From assembly GCF_009914755.1 (NCBI RefSeq), contig NC_060935.1: 64,000 bases of DNA. One strand, given 5' to 3'. Of this stretch, positions 41,588 through 56,135 are shown one piece after another. The translations under genes were made by a program, and so were the position numbers. The stretch is from the human T2T-CHM13v2.0 reference genome, Homo sapiens. The notes beneath the pieces are model-generated. The model worked only from the letters and a program-made list of their open reading frames with translations, had not been told where the DNA came from and did no database searches. Position 1 is the stretch's first letter; each line of letters begins with the position of its first letter.

Positions 41588-43829
41588 CTGAAAAGGTATT
41601 TTGATCATCATCTGTTTCATAGGGCTTACTTTTTCCTGGTTGGTATCTAGATGGAAGGATGGTATAAGGGGTTAACAAGGGCCTTTACAAAACTACAACA
41701 AAAACTGCAAAAAAAAAAAAATTGCAAAAAAATTATCTTAATCCTGCTGCTCCTCATGCTGTCTGTGAGATTGTGGACAAATTACTTGACTTTTTAAAGC
41801 CATCTTATTGAAAAAATTAAATGGCATAATGCAGATAAAAATGCCTGGCCCAGTTTGCCACTCTTAGTAGGTGTTCCTAAACGTTGACCTGCCTCTAGAC
41901 TTCATTCCGTTCAGCTTTTTCCTGGTGGGTTTACTCATCCAGCCTTCTGCTGAGGGCATCTGTTTTCTCAGCTTTCTCTTTGTATTTAGGAAAGAGCAGC
42001 TGAATATGTGAGCTATTTCAAGCCTGTCTTCAGTGCAGTGTACACAAGAGGAAAAATAATCCAGGCAACCAATGGCAGCCCCAGACTTCTTAAAATCAAA
42101 TAGAACTCAAGTTTAAGTTTTTGACATTTTAAAACATTAATGATTTCATCCTCAACCTTCCTAGAGTAATTCAGAGCTTAAATTTTTGCAATACATTAAA
42201 TATAATGATGTGTTGATAAGAATCTTTCCTTAGCTGGAACTAGGAAGTCACTGAAAACTGATGTAATAACTGGTTTGTGGTAAGCATTGACTCTTTCCAC
42301 CCTTTATCTAGAAGTGAATAGTTTAAAAGTTATTTCTCTGCAATACAGACATTCTCATTTTCTTTGAAACCCCAATGGCATTATGTTTCTAACTTCAGAA
42401 TTGAAAATATGCAATTTAAAACCAGACATTAATTTCATAGATACAGGCTAGGATTAAGTTTTGTGTTTCAATAAGTGAGTAAGAAAACATTATAGTTGTG
42501 CTTTCACAATCCATGAATTTATTTGGAGATGGTTTCCTTCAGTTAGGTCTCCCTTGCCTGAAAGATTTCATCTTCAATTCTCAGTGTTTCCAAAACTGAC
42601 CCAGTTTTCCAGCCCAACTAGTCACTTGCTTCTTCATGAAACTTACTGATAATTCCAGGCCAGCTGATGCTCATATATTTGAATTCCTTTTGAACCTATA
42701 GTGAATTGCACAAATAATGATCCAGAGGATAACAAATTGACTTTTAGAGTCACATCTGTGTTTAAATCTTGGCTTTCAGTTTATTAACTGTGGTTGTTTG
42801 ATAAAGTTAGCTAACTCCTCTGAGATCAGTTCCTCCTGTACAAAATAGGCATTATAACTACTTTTCTGTAAACATTCAATCCAGTGATTAAATAACATGT
42901 TTGAAGTAGCCAAAGGAGTTACTGATCAAAAACAACAAATGCCTTCCACTCAAACATTCATTTATTCATTGTATAAATATTCATCAAGCAATAAGATTTA
43001 GTAATATAGGATTAAATAAAAGTCATTTCTTTCAGGAATTCACTATATAGTGGAAGAGAAATTGGTACATAAAGAACTAGGTTATGCTAACACACATTCT
43101 ATGATAGATGAAGATGTGGGGTGCTAGAGAGCATATTGGAGGAGTAGCTAAGATAGTGTGGGGAGGAGTCAGCCAAGAAAAAAGGAGGAAAAGATCATTA
43201 TGTGTAAAAGCAGCAGCTTGGCCCAGGAAAGAAGGTGAGAAAGATCCTGCCCTATTTAGAGAAGATTGCATAAATTTCAACATGACTAGAGTGTGAGGAA
43301 ATTAAATGTTTGGAAAGGTAGGCAGGAGACAGTTCCTAAAGAAATTTAAAAATCACGTTATGAACTTGGAATTTTATCTTAAAAACATGGATGAATTTTA
43401 AACTGGAAAAAATAATGTGATTTCACATGTTGTTAAAAAGACAAGTATAGAACTTGTGAATAATTTATTGAATGAGGTAAAAGTATAGGTAAGGCTATTG
43501 TTGAAGTAGCTGTTGTTATAGCCTTGGTGTGCAATAATGAAATCCTAAAATTAAGACACCAACATTGGGACTGGACAGAAGAAGGAAAATTCAAGAAAGA
43601 GTAAGGTATTGGTGAAACATAGAAGAATGAATGAAGGGCAATTCTCATAATAATGGTGTCAGATTATGTAATCAATCTATTACAAGCTATTTGAGGATTT
43701 AGGATTACTGAATCCTCAAATCCCATGATAAATGTTCATGTTATGATTCCAGATGCATCTCTGGATGTAACTTTACTTTCTAATGGGAGGAAACATGCTA
43801 GTCAGGCTGATTCAAGTAGCCATCATAGT

Positions 43830-44322
43830 TGCACCACTCTCCAGGCACCTCTGCGTGTTCAGCAATGCAGAAACTCCCTGAACCGTGTCCTTCTGGGTTT
43901 TTATGGAGGCTTTATTACATAGACATGATTAATTAAATGAGTGACCATTAGTAATCAACTCAACCTTCAGACTCTCTCTCCTCCCCAAAAGTGAGGCTGA
44001 AAGTTTTAACCATCTAATTATATGGTTGGTTCTTCTGGCAACCAGCCCCCATCATGAAGTCATCCAGGAGCCCACCAAGTGTTTTGTCATCAGAACAAAA
44101 GATGCTCTGATTACCCAGGAAATTTCAAGATATTTAGGACCTGAATCAGAGGTTCCCATTACTCAAGAAATTATTAATGTCTTAGAAGATTTGTGTTAGG
44201 AACCCAGGTCAAAGACCAAATAATAGAACAGATTATTTTCCAACTGCCCTATTATCTACAAGAGTTTCAAGAGCTCTGTGCCAGGAAGTGGGAGGCAGAG
44301 ACAATACGTATTTCTTATTATT
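43830..44322 (-). mobile_element. MER21-like LTR
   Basis: Diagnostic stretches GTGTTCAGCAAT..TTTTATGGAGGCTTTATTAC..TCAACCTTCAG..GGCAACCAGCCCCC. Confidence 0.65.
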
Positions 44323-47180
44323 TTGTTAGCAAAACACCAGGGGTTTGGTCTGGGTCTTGGTGAAGCATTGAAATCCAATCACTGGGACAATCAGTATTGC
44401 CAGGGGAGAAAGGTGACAACAGCCAGAGAGAAAGGAGCCAAATCTCAAATCTGTCTCTCCCAGCCAACTAAAATTGGGAGTTTGTATAGTGGGGAAATGA
44501 ATGCAGTAGCTATATGGTGGATGTCAGGACTTAGGGAAGGGTAAGGAAGCAATAATGATGATTGAGAGTTCTGGCATCTCATTGTCTGGATGCAGTGATC
44601 TGGTGAGTTTCAGTTCCTTGATACTGAGAGGCATGAGGGTCGGTTTCCTGAGGAAAAAACTCAGATAAGAGAAAGGTAAGTGATATGGTTTGGATATTTG
44701 TCCTGCACAAATCTCATGTTGAAATGTAAATCTCAGTATTGAAGGTGGGGCCTGGTGGGAGGTGTTTGAGTCATGAGGGAAGATACCTGATGGCTTGGTG
44801 CTGTCATCATGATAGTGAGTGAGTTCTCATGAGATCTGGCTGTTTTAAAGTGTGTGGCACCTCCCCCATTTTGCTTCTGCTCTTGCCATGTGACGTGTCT
44901 GCTCCTGCTTCTCCTTCCACCATGAATGAAAGCTCCTTGGGGTCTCTCCAGAAGCCAAGCAGATGCCAGAACCATGCTTGTACAGCCTGAAGAACTGTGA
45001 GCCATTTAAACCTCTTTTCTTTATAAATTACCCAGCATCAGGTATTCCTTTACAGCAGTGCAAGAATGGCCTAACACGGAAAACTGGTACTGAGAAGTGG
45101 GGCATTGCTATAAAGATACTTAAATGTGTGGAAGCAGCTCTGGAACTGGGTAACAGGTAGAGGTTGTAAGAGTTTGGAAGGCTCTGAAGACAGGAAGAGA
45201 GAGATGAGGGAAAGTTTGGAACTTCTTAGAGAGTGGTTAAATTGTTGTGACCAAAATATTGACAGTGAAGTCCAGACTGAGGAGGTCTAAGATGAAAATG
45301 AGGAACTTAATGGGAACTGTAGGGAAGATTACTTGTGTTATGCCTTAGCAAAGAGTGTGGCTTCATTTTGTTTGTTCCCTGGGGACCTGTGGAAGTTTGA
45401 ACTTAAGAGTGATGAACTGGGTATCTGGTGGGAGAAATTTCTAAGCAGCAAAGCATTCAAGAAGTGTCCTGGCTGCTTGTAACAGCCTATGCTTAGATGT
45501 TGGGGCAAAGATATTACTCAAAGTTGGAAGTTATATTTAAAGGGGAAGCAGAGCATAAAAGTTTGAAAAATTTGCAGCTTAGCCATGTGGCAAATAAAAA
45601 GCTATTTCAGGAGAGGAATCCAAGTGGGCTGCAAAATAACCACTTGCTAGGGAGATTTGCGTCATTAAGAGAGAGCCAGTTGCTGATAGCCAAGGCAATG
45701 GGAAAAAGGCCTGGAAGGCATTTTATAGATCTAAGAGCAGCCCCTCCCATCACAGGCCCAGAGGCCTAGGAGGACTGAATGGTTTTGGGGGCCAGGCCCA
45801 AACCCCTGCTGCCCTAGGCAGCTTCAGGACGTTGCTCCCCACCCAGCTGTTCCAGATCTAGCCACGGCTCAAAAGGGCCTAGGTGCAGATTGGGCTGCCA
45901 CTTGGAAAGGTGACCTTGGTGGTTTCTATGTGGTGTTAAGCCTGTGGTCATGCAGAGTGCAATAGTAAAGGAGACTTGGCAGCCTCTATCTAGATTTCAG
46001 AGGGTGTATGAGAAAGTCCGAGTCCCCAGGCAGAAGCCTGCTGCAGGGGTGGTCCCCTCATAGAGAACCTCTACTAAGGCAGTGCTAAGGGGAAATGTGG
46101 GGTTGGGGGCCCCACAGAGAGTCCCCACTGGGGCACTGCCCAATGAAACTGTGGTAAGGGGCCACCATCCTCCAGGCCCTGGAATGATAGATCCACTGGC
46201 AGCTTGCTCCTTGAATCTGGAAAAGCTGCTGGCAGTCAACTCCAGCCTTTGAGGGCAGCTGCAGAGGCTGTACCCTGCAAGGCCACAGAGTTAGTGCTAC
46301 CAAAGGTCTTGAGAGTTCACTGCTTGTAGCATTGTGCCCTGGGTGTGGGACATGGAGTCAAAGGAGATTATTTTGGAGCTTTTGGATTTAATGACTGCCC
46401 TCCTAGGGTTCAGACATGTCTGGGACCTGTATCCCCTTTATTTTGGCAAATTTCTCCCTTTTGGAACAGGAATCTTTATCCAATGCCTGTACCCCAGTTG
46501 CATCTTGGGAGTAGATAACTCATTTTGATTTTACAGCCTGTTAGGTGAAAGGAATTCATCTCTGGTTGAGACTTTGGACTTTTGACTTGGAACTTAGGAT
46601 TTATGAATTAATGCTAAAATGAGTTAAGACCTTTGGGAAAGTATGATTTTATTTTGAAATGTTAGAAGGACATGAGATTTGGGGGGACCAAGGATGAAAT
46701 GATATGGTTTGGATATCTGTCCTGCCCAAATACCACGTTGAAATGTAGTCCCCAATGTTAGGGGGGCCTGGTGGGAGGTGTTTTGGTCATGGGGGCAGAT
46801 CCCTCATTGCTTGGTGCTGTCCTCCTGATAGTGAGTGAGTTCTCATGTGATCTGGTTGTTTAAAAGTGTGTGGCATGTCTCTCTCCCTCTTCCTCCTGTT
46901 TTTGTCATGTGGCAGACCCACTCCTGCTTCACCTTGTGTCATGAGTAAAAGTTCACTAAGCCCTCCCCAGAAGCCAAGCAGATGCCAACATCATGCTTGT
47001 AGAGGCTGCAATTAAATCTCTTTTCTTTATAAATTACTCAGTCTCAGGTATTCCTTTATAGTACTCCAAGAATGGCCTAATATAGTAAGTTTCAAGATTT
47101 AAGACTGTGAGGGTCAATTTCTGTGTTTATTCAAAAAAACACGTAACTGTCAGTTTTATGGAGAAGTTGGGCTGGTTTTA
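44323..47180 (-). mobile_element. MER4-group (ERV1) solo LTR split by the MST insertion (44323-44680 and 47085-47180)
   Basis: Begins TGTTAGCAAAACACCAGGGGTTTGGTCT, resembling the reverse complement of a MER4-group LTR end; continues seamlessly across the MST TSD. Confidence 0.5.
44681..47084 (+). mobile_element. Full-length MST (MSTA/MSTB, ERVL-MaLR): LTR 44681-45078, internal region, LTR 46700-47084
   Basis: Two LTRs starting TGATATGGTTTGGAT, typical MaLR internal sequence, 5-bp TSD GTAAG at 44676-44680 and 47085-47089. Confidence 0.92.
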
Positions 47181-49834
47181 ATTTCACAGTACCACACTGA
47201 CTTAGCATTATGGTTCCTTTCTAACACTGGATTTTACAAGTAAGTACACAGATGGGCCTAGAAAAAGGTTCAGAAGTTTGCCTGAATTTTGGTTAAGGAA
47301 AATATCTTTTTCAGTAAAATTTCAACAATTGTGAATTCAACTTTAGGCATGCTGAATTTGATTTGTAGAGGGAACAGCTAAGTGAAAGGTCTATGAGGCT
47401 GTTAGATAAAGGGCATGTAATAAACCACTAGCTGCTGTAACAATCCTCCAATATCTCAACATTTTAATTCAGTAAAAGTTAATTTCTTGCTCATGCAAAG
47501 AACAATGCAGTTGTTCTTGGTTGGCAAGAGGCCTTCCCCAGGGTCATTTAGGGACACTGCTCTACAATCTTAATGACCTCACCATTCTCAAGGGTCCATC
47601 TCCTCCCCTAGATCTTCTGTACAAACTGGTAGATGGGGAGAAAGTATGAATGATCACATGGAAGGTGTTTTATGTGCTAATCCTAGGGATGGCTTGTTTT
47701 ATCACCACCGTATTCCATTGACAGAAGCTACTCACATGGCCATACAAAACTCTAAGGAAGGTTGGGAAACATGTAGTCTAGCAGTGTACTCAAAAGGTAG
47801 AAAAAAGTGAATTTGGGTGAATTCATAGTAATATCTGTCACATAGGAGTTTATGTTCAGAAATGAGAGTTAAGTGTTAAAGGGCATGTCATTAAAATATA
47901 ATGTGTAACTGAGGCTATAGACTGGATGAGAATTCAAAGGGAGTAGTGGTAGATAGAGTTAAAAACAAAAGAAGCAAAGAGAATGAAAACTTGAAGAATA
48001 TTCAGTTTTTTCATCTGTAAAGATTTAAGTGACAGGTGAATGAGCATGAGAAATAGCAACCAAAGGGTTTTAACTTATTAAAATGATAGCTAATATTTAT
48101 GATTGCTGACTATGTATATGGCACTATGTAATGTTAACAGGGATTCTTTTACATAATCCTTATTGCAACCTGATTGTGCAAAAACTTGTCAGATTCCCTT
48201 ATTTTTCATGAAGTAACAAAATTGGACAATTAAGTACCTGCCTGGGTCACGCAAGTAGTAAGTAGAAGATCTCGGATTTAAACCTTGTCTGTCTTACTCC
48301 AGAGTTCAATCTCCTCATCAGTGTGCCACCATCATCTCTTCACTTTCACCCAATGAAGGTGGGGAAACATGAACACCAAGGGAGGGGTTCCAGGAATGAG
48401 GAAATGGTAAACAAATGCTCCAGAGAGTTTCCATAAGAAGTGAATAGTGCCCACGGGAAGGTCATTCTTCCACATTTTTTTTTTTTTTTTTTTAGTAAAT
48501 GCTCATTGAGCATGGGTTTTGTGGCAGTCCCAGTTGGGACAAAGCATGGGTGGAATTCCTTCCCTTATGGAGCTTACAGATCAGTGAACACACTCAGAGG
48601 GTGGCAGTGGGAGCCAGATTGCAGAGGATCTAGTGAAACAAAAAAAAACTATGGAGAGAGTGTGAATCAGGCATTTGATACTTCTCTCCTCTGAGTTGGG
48701 TTCTAGAGAGACAGACGCAATACTCCATGGTCCTTCTGTGCTTTAAATACAGCCTTATGATCTGAGGCTTCCCTTTCTGTCCCTATTAAAAATGTCCTGT
48801 AGGTAGAAGACTTGATAAACTCAGACTCAGTAGGATGCTAATGACTGATGAAGCTTAATATACTAGTTTCCTAGAGGTATATGAATTGTGGGAAACACAG
48901 GCAGTCACAGCTTAAATGAATAAATCTCTTTCGATTTTTAGATACCATTGAACAGATGGAGATGGAAATTTATGAGGGTCAGAGTTGCCTTTTTGTTGAC
49001 CGTGAAATTACATCACAAAAGCAGCTGCTAAGATTCCCTGCTGTCCACAGAGCCTGTATTTAAGAAAGACCATTCAAGATAAGACTGAGCTGTGGAATTA
49101 TAAAACCTTTGGAAAATCTTTCATGTGAGAACAACATGGGGGCAAGCCTCTGACCAAAATAGCTCAAAAATTTGTGTTACGCAGTTACAGTAAATACCCA
49201 AGAGCTTGACGCATAAAACACAACAGCCTCCTGGAGACAGAGGGAGGAGAAAGAAAGATAAAGTCTGTGGCTTTAGAAGAAAAGGAATAACTTAAGAGGC
49301 TTGTTTGCTGTTCAGGCTGGCCACCAAGGATGACATTTTGGTAGGTTTGGCATGTTCCTGAGACTGTTCTTAACTTTGTTGGTCCCCTAAAATGTACGTA
49401 ATTGATGCAACATGTCTGAGGAAGTGGATGAGGTGTGAGAAATCATGGTATTCCTATTCACAAGGGACTACTTTACAACCAGACACAATTATTTTACAGA
49501 GAACTCTGGTTTGCAAGAGGACCTGAATATTAATATTAGTTGGTCAATGCATTCTCTCCCTGGATGAGAATTTTTTGTGGGAAGCAGCATAATATAAAAT
49601 GCCATTCAAGATTCTGCATGTAGCATCAAAGAGTCAGCGAATTCTGGCTCTGCCAACTACTTGGCTGTGGGACCTGGGATATATTACTTACTTTCCATAA
49701 GCCTCAGCCTTTTCATATATACAATGGATTTAGAAAGACTAGGGTGAAAGAAGAAAGTGAATTTAGGTATGTAAAATATTTACCATGTGATGGGCAGCTA
49801 GCTAGATATTTTACAAATCTGTAATCTGGAAACA

Positions 49835-50590
49835 TGAAAGACAGACTAGCTGGATTTCCTAGGCCAAGAAAGATTTCCTAAGCCTAGCTGGGAAGGTGAC
49901 CGCATCCACCTTTAAACATGGGGCTTGCAACTTAGCTCAAACCTGACCAGTCAGATAGTAAAGAGAGCTCACTAAAATGCTAATTAGGCTAAAACAGGAG
50001 GTAAAGAAATAGCCAATCATCAATCACCTGAGAGCACAGGGGGAGGGACAATGATCACGATATAAACCCAGGCATCCGAGCCAGCAATGGCTACCCTCTT
50101 TGGGTCCCCTCCCTTTGTAGGGGAGCTCTGTTTTCACTCTATTAAATCTTGCAACTGCATTCTCTTCTGGTCCGTGTTTGTTATGGCTCGAACAGAGCTT
50201 TTGCTCGCTGCCCACCACTGCTGTTTGCTACTGTCGCAGACCCACCACTGACGTCTATCCCTCTGGATCTGGCAGGGTATCCACTGTCCTAATCCAGTGA
50301 GGGGCCCATTGCTGCTCCCGATCAGGCTAAAGGCTTGCCATTGTTCCTGCACGGCTAAGTGCCTGGGTTCGTCCTAATGGAACTGAACACTAGTCACCAG
50401 GTTCCATGGTTCTCTTCTGTGACCCATGGCTTCTAATAGAACTATAACACTCACTGCATGGCCCAAGATTCCATTCCTTGGAATCTGTGAGGCCAAGAAC
50501 CCCAGGTCAGAGAACATGAGACTTGCCACCATCTTGGAAGCAGCCCACCACCATCTTGGGAGCTCTGGGAGCAAGGACCCCCCGGTAACA
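49835..50590 (+). mobile_element. Solo LTR17 (HERV-W LTR), full length
   Basis: TGAAAGACAGACTAGCTGGATTTCCTAGG...GCAAGGACCCCCCGGTAACA, TATA-like gatataaa, ATTAAA signal, 4-bp TSD AACA at 49831-49834 and 50591-50594. Confidence 0.95.
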
Positions 50591-50758
50591 AACAGACACA
50601 AGAGAATTAGGTGGAGAATCTTCCAACCAAGTGCTCTTAACCAACAGAATCATACCTTCCAAGGGAGGCTGATTGTCTTGTCTGTTGATCGGGTCTCCAT
50701 TTCTAAGATGTGAAAGACACACTGACCTGTTTCTGCTTATTGACTTCCTTCTTTCTAG

Positions 50759-51086
<328 letters not shown>

Positions 51087-54000
51087 CAGAACACATTCTT
51101 AAATAGGATAGATTAGACTGCCTACTTGTTACATGCCAGTTCTAAGCATGCAACAGAGCCACATTGATTGGCCTTGAGTGGCTCCAAACTACTGACAAAT
51201 GAATTCACAGACCATCTTAAGCACAATTCTTCATGTAGTTGATTAAATGTGCCATTGTGTGCTCATTCTTGCTATTTTCACATTCAGTGGGTGGTCTTAT
51301 TATACTTTATAGTGCTTTATGTATTGACTATGGAGATTAGTATATGTTTCTGAAAAATTTAAGTTTTGCTTAAAAGGCTGCAATAAGGTTCAGTTGCAGA
51401 TAGCAGAGATAGTTCCAGCGAGTTTGAGCAGAAAGGGACTTAGTATAAGGAGTTAGTTGGCTACAACATTGTTCAAAGTGCTGGAAAAGCAACCCTTAGG
51501 CTGGGCCTCTAGAAATGACTGTAGAATAAGAGTTACCCTGCAGAACTTGCCCACCAAGAGAGCTGTCATCTTTGTCACAATTGAAAAGTCATGGAGTCAG
51601 GAAGCTGCTATTCAAACTGCTGGCCTCAGGTTCATACTACCTTGACTATGACCCAGGAAGTCATTGTCAAATTTGTTGGCTCCAACCCATGTGTCTGCTA
51701 TAGTCTACACCTGTATCAGATGCTTTTTGTACTACTTCTGTTTGCATTTAACCATTTCCAAAACAAATCATTGTGATTGTATCTAACTGGCCTAATCCAA
51801 GTCACAATCATAACCATGTACGTAAAGGAGTCTGGGAAATCTTATTTTTAGTTTTTCAACCTTGTAGGATACTATAAGAAGATTGGGATAGATACTGAGT
51901 GAGCCTCAGAAAATCAGCTGGATACACCCCAGGCAAGTACTTGGGCTAAGTGATAATTCAGATACTACAGAGAATTCAAAGATAAAGTAAGCCAGATTTT
52001 GTCAAGAGCACCTGTCTGTAATCTAATAAAGGAGAAGAGACAAATCCAGTGTTTTCATATGGCATTGCTTCCTAATGAGTCTGATGAGCCAAATGTCCTT
52101 CCTAGGTAGTCATAAAACATATTTATCCTATCGTAGCTTTTAAAACACAGTATTGTAATTGTTGGTTATTTTACCTGTGCACTCAGTGGACTGCTAGCTG
52201 TTGAAGGCAGGGACCATGTGAATCTTGCTAGCTGTTAAACAGCCAGTGTTTAATCCAGTGCCAATCAATATTTGTTGAATGACTGGATACATGAAAACAA
52301 GTGGGAGTCAAAATTACAACCTCTAAGGATGTAGGTGTTCATTTATTATAGAATAGAATATTTTCTTCTTGCCAGTCTTATCTCTAAACTAAATTAGAAG
52401 ACTCTAAGCAATAAATTGAACACTATGTTAAGAGAATGTGTTTCCTCATGACAGCCCACCAGTCCTGCACTCTCCCTAAATGACAACTACGTATTAGTGG
52501 CTGGAAAAAGTGGCTATGTTTTCTTTTACTATGAAAGAGGAAAGAGGACATTTCCTTTTGCTAGCAAAGAGGAAACTATTGTGTCACATAAATGAAGCAT
52601 ATTGCTAGTTGCTATAAAAATTAGATTTATAGTCAAGGTTGCCCATTCTGAGTTACTTCTTGGGATAGGCAATACAAAATGTTACAGGATCTGAGATGTT
52701 TATAAATAATATTTGAAAACCCACTCACTACTGCTGCTGCTATTAAAATTAGTATTTAGAGTATATAATATGCATGAATTAGAAGGCTTAATACTGTATG
52801 GTCTCAAAACTAAATGGCTTATGAGGTCAGGTGCCATTTTACCCCATTTTATAGCTGATGCTCTGAGTCTTGAAGAGTTTTACTGGTCCAATATTATGGG
52901 ATTAGTGTTATAACAAGTGGATTCTCAAAGTTAGGCCCATCCGATCCCAAAGTTTATGTTTTTAACTGCTATTGTATGTGAGTTTCACCAGTAGTTTTCC
53001 TTATTCTGTAAGAAAACTCTTCTTATCATAAATATGAACAGTGTATAGTGATGTCCAGTATATATGATGCTTTCTACATGGCAACTCTTTGTGATGCTCA
53101 CAGTAACCATGCAAAGCTTTCTATCTCTATGTTAAAAATTCTAAAATAGAAACTTAGAATGCATAGAGCCAAACCTTCAGTGGAGGCATTCTGACACTAA
53201 ATGCTGATCTTGTGTCTTTTCTTCAAGCTCCCTCCCACCACATGAACTAAAGATCTGCAAGCTGTAACCTTTTCCGAAGGGCTACCTGGGCCTCTGTGTC
53301 CATCAGAGCTGATGAGCTGATCTTCATTCACCATAAGTGCAACTATCATGGCTCATGGAGCCCTGGAGAGAGTAGCACATATATTGAACTTCAGTTTTAA
53401 AAAGTCTAATACTTTTCTAAAATGACTTGCTATCTATTTCATCCAGAGAAGATTTATTACGTAGCCTTTCTAGCATAAAATATCATTACTTTTAAAGAAA
53501 AATCCAATCTAAATTCCTCTAACTACAATGGAAGTCCCCTTTTCTTATTCATTTCTCACTCAAATATGGAACAACCAGTCACTTCCATTAAATCTAATCT
53601 TCCTGTATGCTCTTGAAGATAACTACCAGTTAAACAGAGCTATCTATGGGAATGGTTTTTGAAAAAAAATTGCGTTGTTTCAGTACTTTGGAGGATGGCT
53701 GATGTTTGCCTTTTCAAGAGATGTATCATGGACTGTTTTTGTTAAACTAACTTGGCTTCAAGAATTTGAGACTAACTCAGATTTTCTCAAACAGTGGGGG
53801 ATTTGATGCAGCAATATGCAGGCATGGGATATCAGAAAGAGCCAGATAACCAAAGGAAGAGTAGTAGCTGAAGCAGGATTCTAAGACCAAGGTGGGTTAA
53901 GTTAGCTCGGAAGCTTGGGATATAAGGCTTTTCATTCTAGGGTTCTAACTTAATGTTGCTCTACATGTGGCTCGACTTTCTCATAATTTTAGATTGTATT

Positions 54001-54404
54001 TTGTGATTTGCCTTATTTTCTTTGTATTTATTGACTTTAATCCTCAGGAGAGACAATATGAATTTATTTAAGACAGATTAGATCCTAGCTCTGGGTCAGA
54101 TACTCAGCCTTTATCCAATAAGATTCCCTTCCTCTAGTGACCTGGACCTGCTGGGTAATGGCATCACATGTGCAGATTGTAGCTGTTTCTTTAGCAGAGG
54201 CTATGGGCAGAGTCATTTCCACTAGAAGGGGCTGCAGGCATTTCAGGCGATGTGCTAAAACAAAGGCAGTTTCTGCAAAAGAGCACATTCTATTTATTCT
54301 ACCTTCTGGATGTGGCATGAGTCCATCTATCTCTCTCTATCCCCACTGTAGCTGTTCCAGTTCAGGTCACCATACCTTATGTCTTGACTATAGTAATAGC
54401 TTTC

Positions 54405-54408
<4 letters not shown>

Positions 54409-54473
<65 letters not shown>
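54409..54473. repeat. (TA)n microsatellite, about 32 units
   Basis: Uninterrupted AT dinucleotide run. Confidence 0.98.
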
Positions 54474-54476
<3 letters not shown>

Positions 54477-55034
54477 CTGCCTTCTGTGGTGTCCAATTCA
54501 AAGCATTTTCAATTCTACAGTCAGAGAGAAAACATAAATTAATCTGATTTATTCTCTTCTAAAAAGTTCCAGTGATTTAGGAGAAACCACATTCTCTAAC
54601 ATAATTTATGAGACCCATGCTGGCTTCTAACTAAATCTCCATCCTCATCTCTAAGCCCCACTTTTACTCTATGGTTTAGTCCATTACCTGTAGACCTTCT
54701 ACTCTGTTACCTTGGCTTATGAAACACTTCCCTACTTTTTATGGCTAACATTCATTCATGTTTGGGTCCCAGCTGATGCTTTCCCAACCTTCCAGTCTAG
54801 ATTAGAAGTCCCTCTTAGATATACTTCCAGCATCCTGAAATTGTCATAGAGTTGAATTTCAGTGACCTATTTCATGTATTCTGGTGAAAACTCTAAGTGT
54901 GTGAGTGCAGGGGCTGTTATCGGTCATTACTGGCTCTCCAGTGCCTGGTATATGATGAGTACTCTATCAATATATGTTAAATCAACAAGAGAAAGAGAGA
55001 AATCATTTTTCATATTATAGTGCTTAAAATCCAT

Positions 55035-55250
55035 ATAGTTACAACACCAGGAGTGAACCCCAATGTAAACTATGGACTTTGGGTGGTAACGTGTCAATGT
55101 AGGTTCATGAATTGAAAAAAATGTACCACTCTGGTGAGGGATGTCGATAATGGAGGCTATGCATGTCTCGGGGTAGGGGGTGTATGGGAAATCTCTGAAC
55201 TTTCCTCTCTTCTGTGAACCTTCTCTAAAAGATAAAATCTATTTCTAAAA
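55035..55250 (+). mobile_element. L1M 3' UTR end fragment
   Basis: GAGTGAACCCCAATGTAAACTATGGACTTTGGGTG..GTATGGGAAATCTCTG. Confidence 0.75.
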
Positions 55251-56135
55251 ATTCCTGTTGTGTGTTGTCTCATTTCACATTATACCACCCCTCTCCCTCG
55301 TTGGTTTCTGCTCTGGCTTCCCTGGTCTTTTCTCAGTTCTTTGTGACTCTTCCCCTCTCCTTCCACTGTCCTTGTGTATGCCATTTCATCTGCCTGGAAC
55401 ACTCTTCTTGTGCCTGGTTTGCTGCCAGTTAGCTTTCAGATTTTAGCTCAGTTACCTCTTTTTCAGGAAGCCTTTTCTGATTCTATGCCCCAGACTAGAT
55501 AAAATCCTCCCATTATATGTGACCAGCATCATATACTTCTTCATGACACTAATGGCAGTTCTAACTTCGCATTTATTTTTGCAAGTATGTCTGTTTATGG
55601 TTATTACAGTCCTAATCTTAGGAAAACACCTGATAAGAGAGGAAAAATAATTATTTGATGAATAAATAATTCATCAAATTTTAGTGTAATATTGTCAGAT
55701 AAAACATACCATAAGAACATGGTGAATAAGGTGGTGAGAACATCAAAGGTCTTCAGAAATCGGTTACCCGGTGTAGTAAAAAGGACTAGTAACAAAGTAT
55801 GACATCAAGGGATTGAATCTCTGTTACACAGTAAGCTAGCCATGTGAAGTACATATTACCTCATTTATCTGAATTTCAACTTCTACAATGGTAAAATGGG
55901 GATAATTTTTTTCCCTTTCTGAAAATTAAAGGAGATAAAACAGGTAAATATCTCTGTAAGCTGCCATATAAGGACAGATATAGTGGCAAAGTTCAATTTT
56001 CTTCAAGGTAAATTATAAGCAAACATAGATGTAGAGCATAATTTTCTTCAAAGCCAAAGTTTGCCCTATAAAAAGACAGTAAAAACTGAAAAAATGTTTG
56101 AAATTTTAATTTTTTTTTCATTTTGTTTCTAACAG

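Noticed and set aside
54137-54547. 136-aa ORF containing a YIYIYI repeat
   Set aside because: It reads through the (TA)n microsatellite; an artefact.
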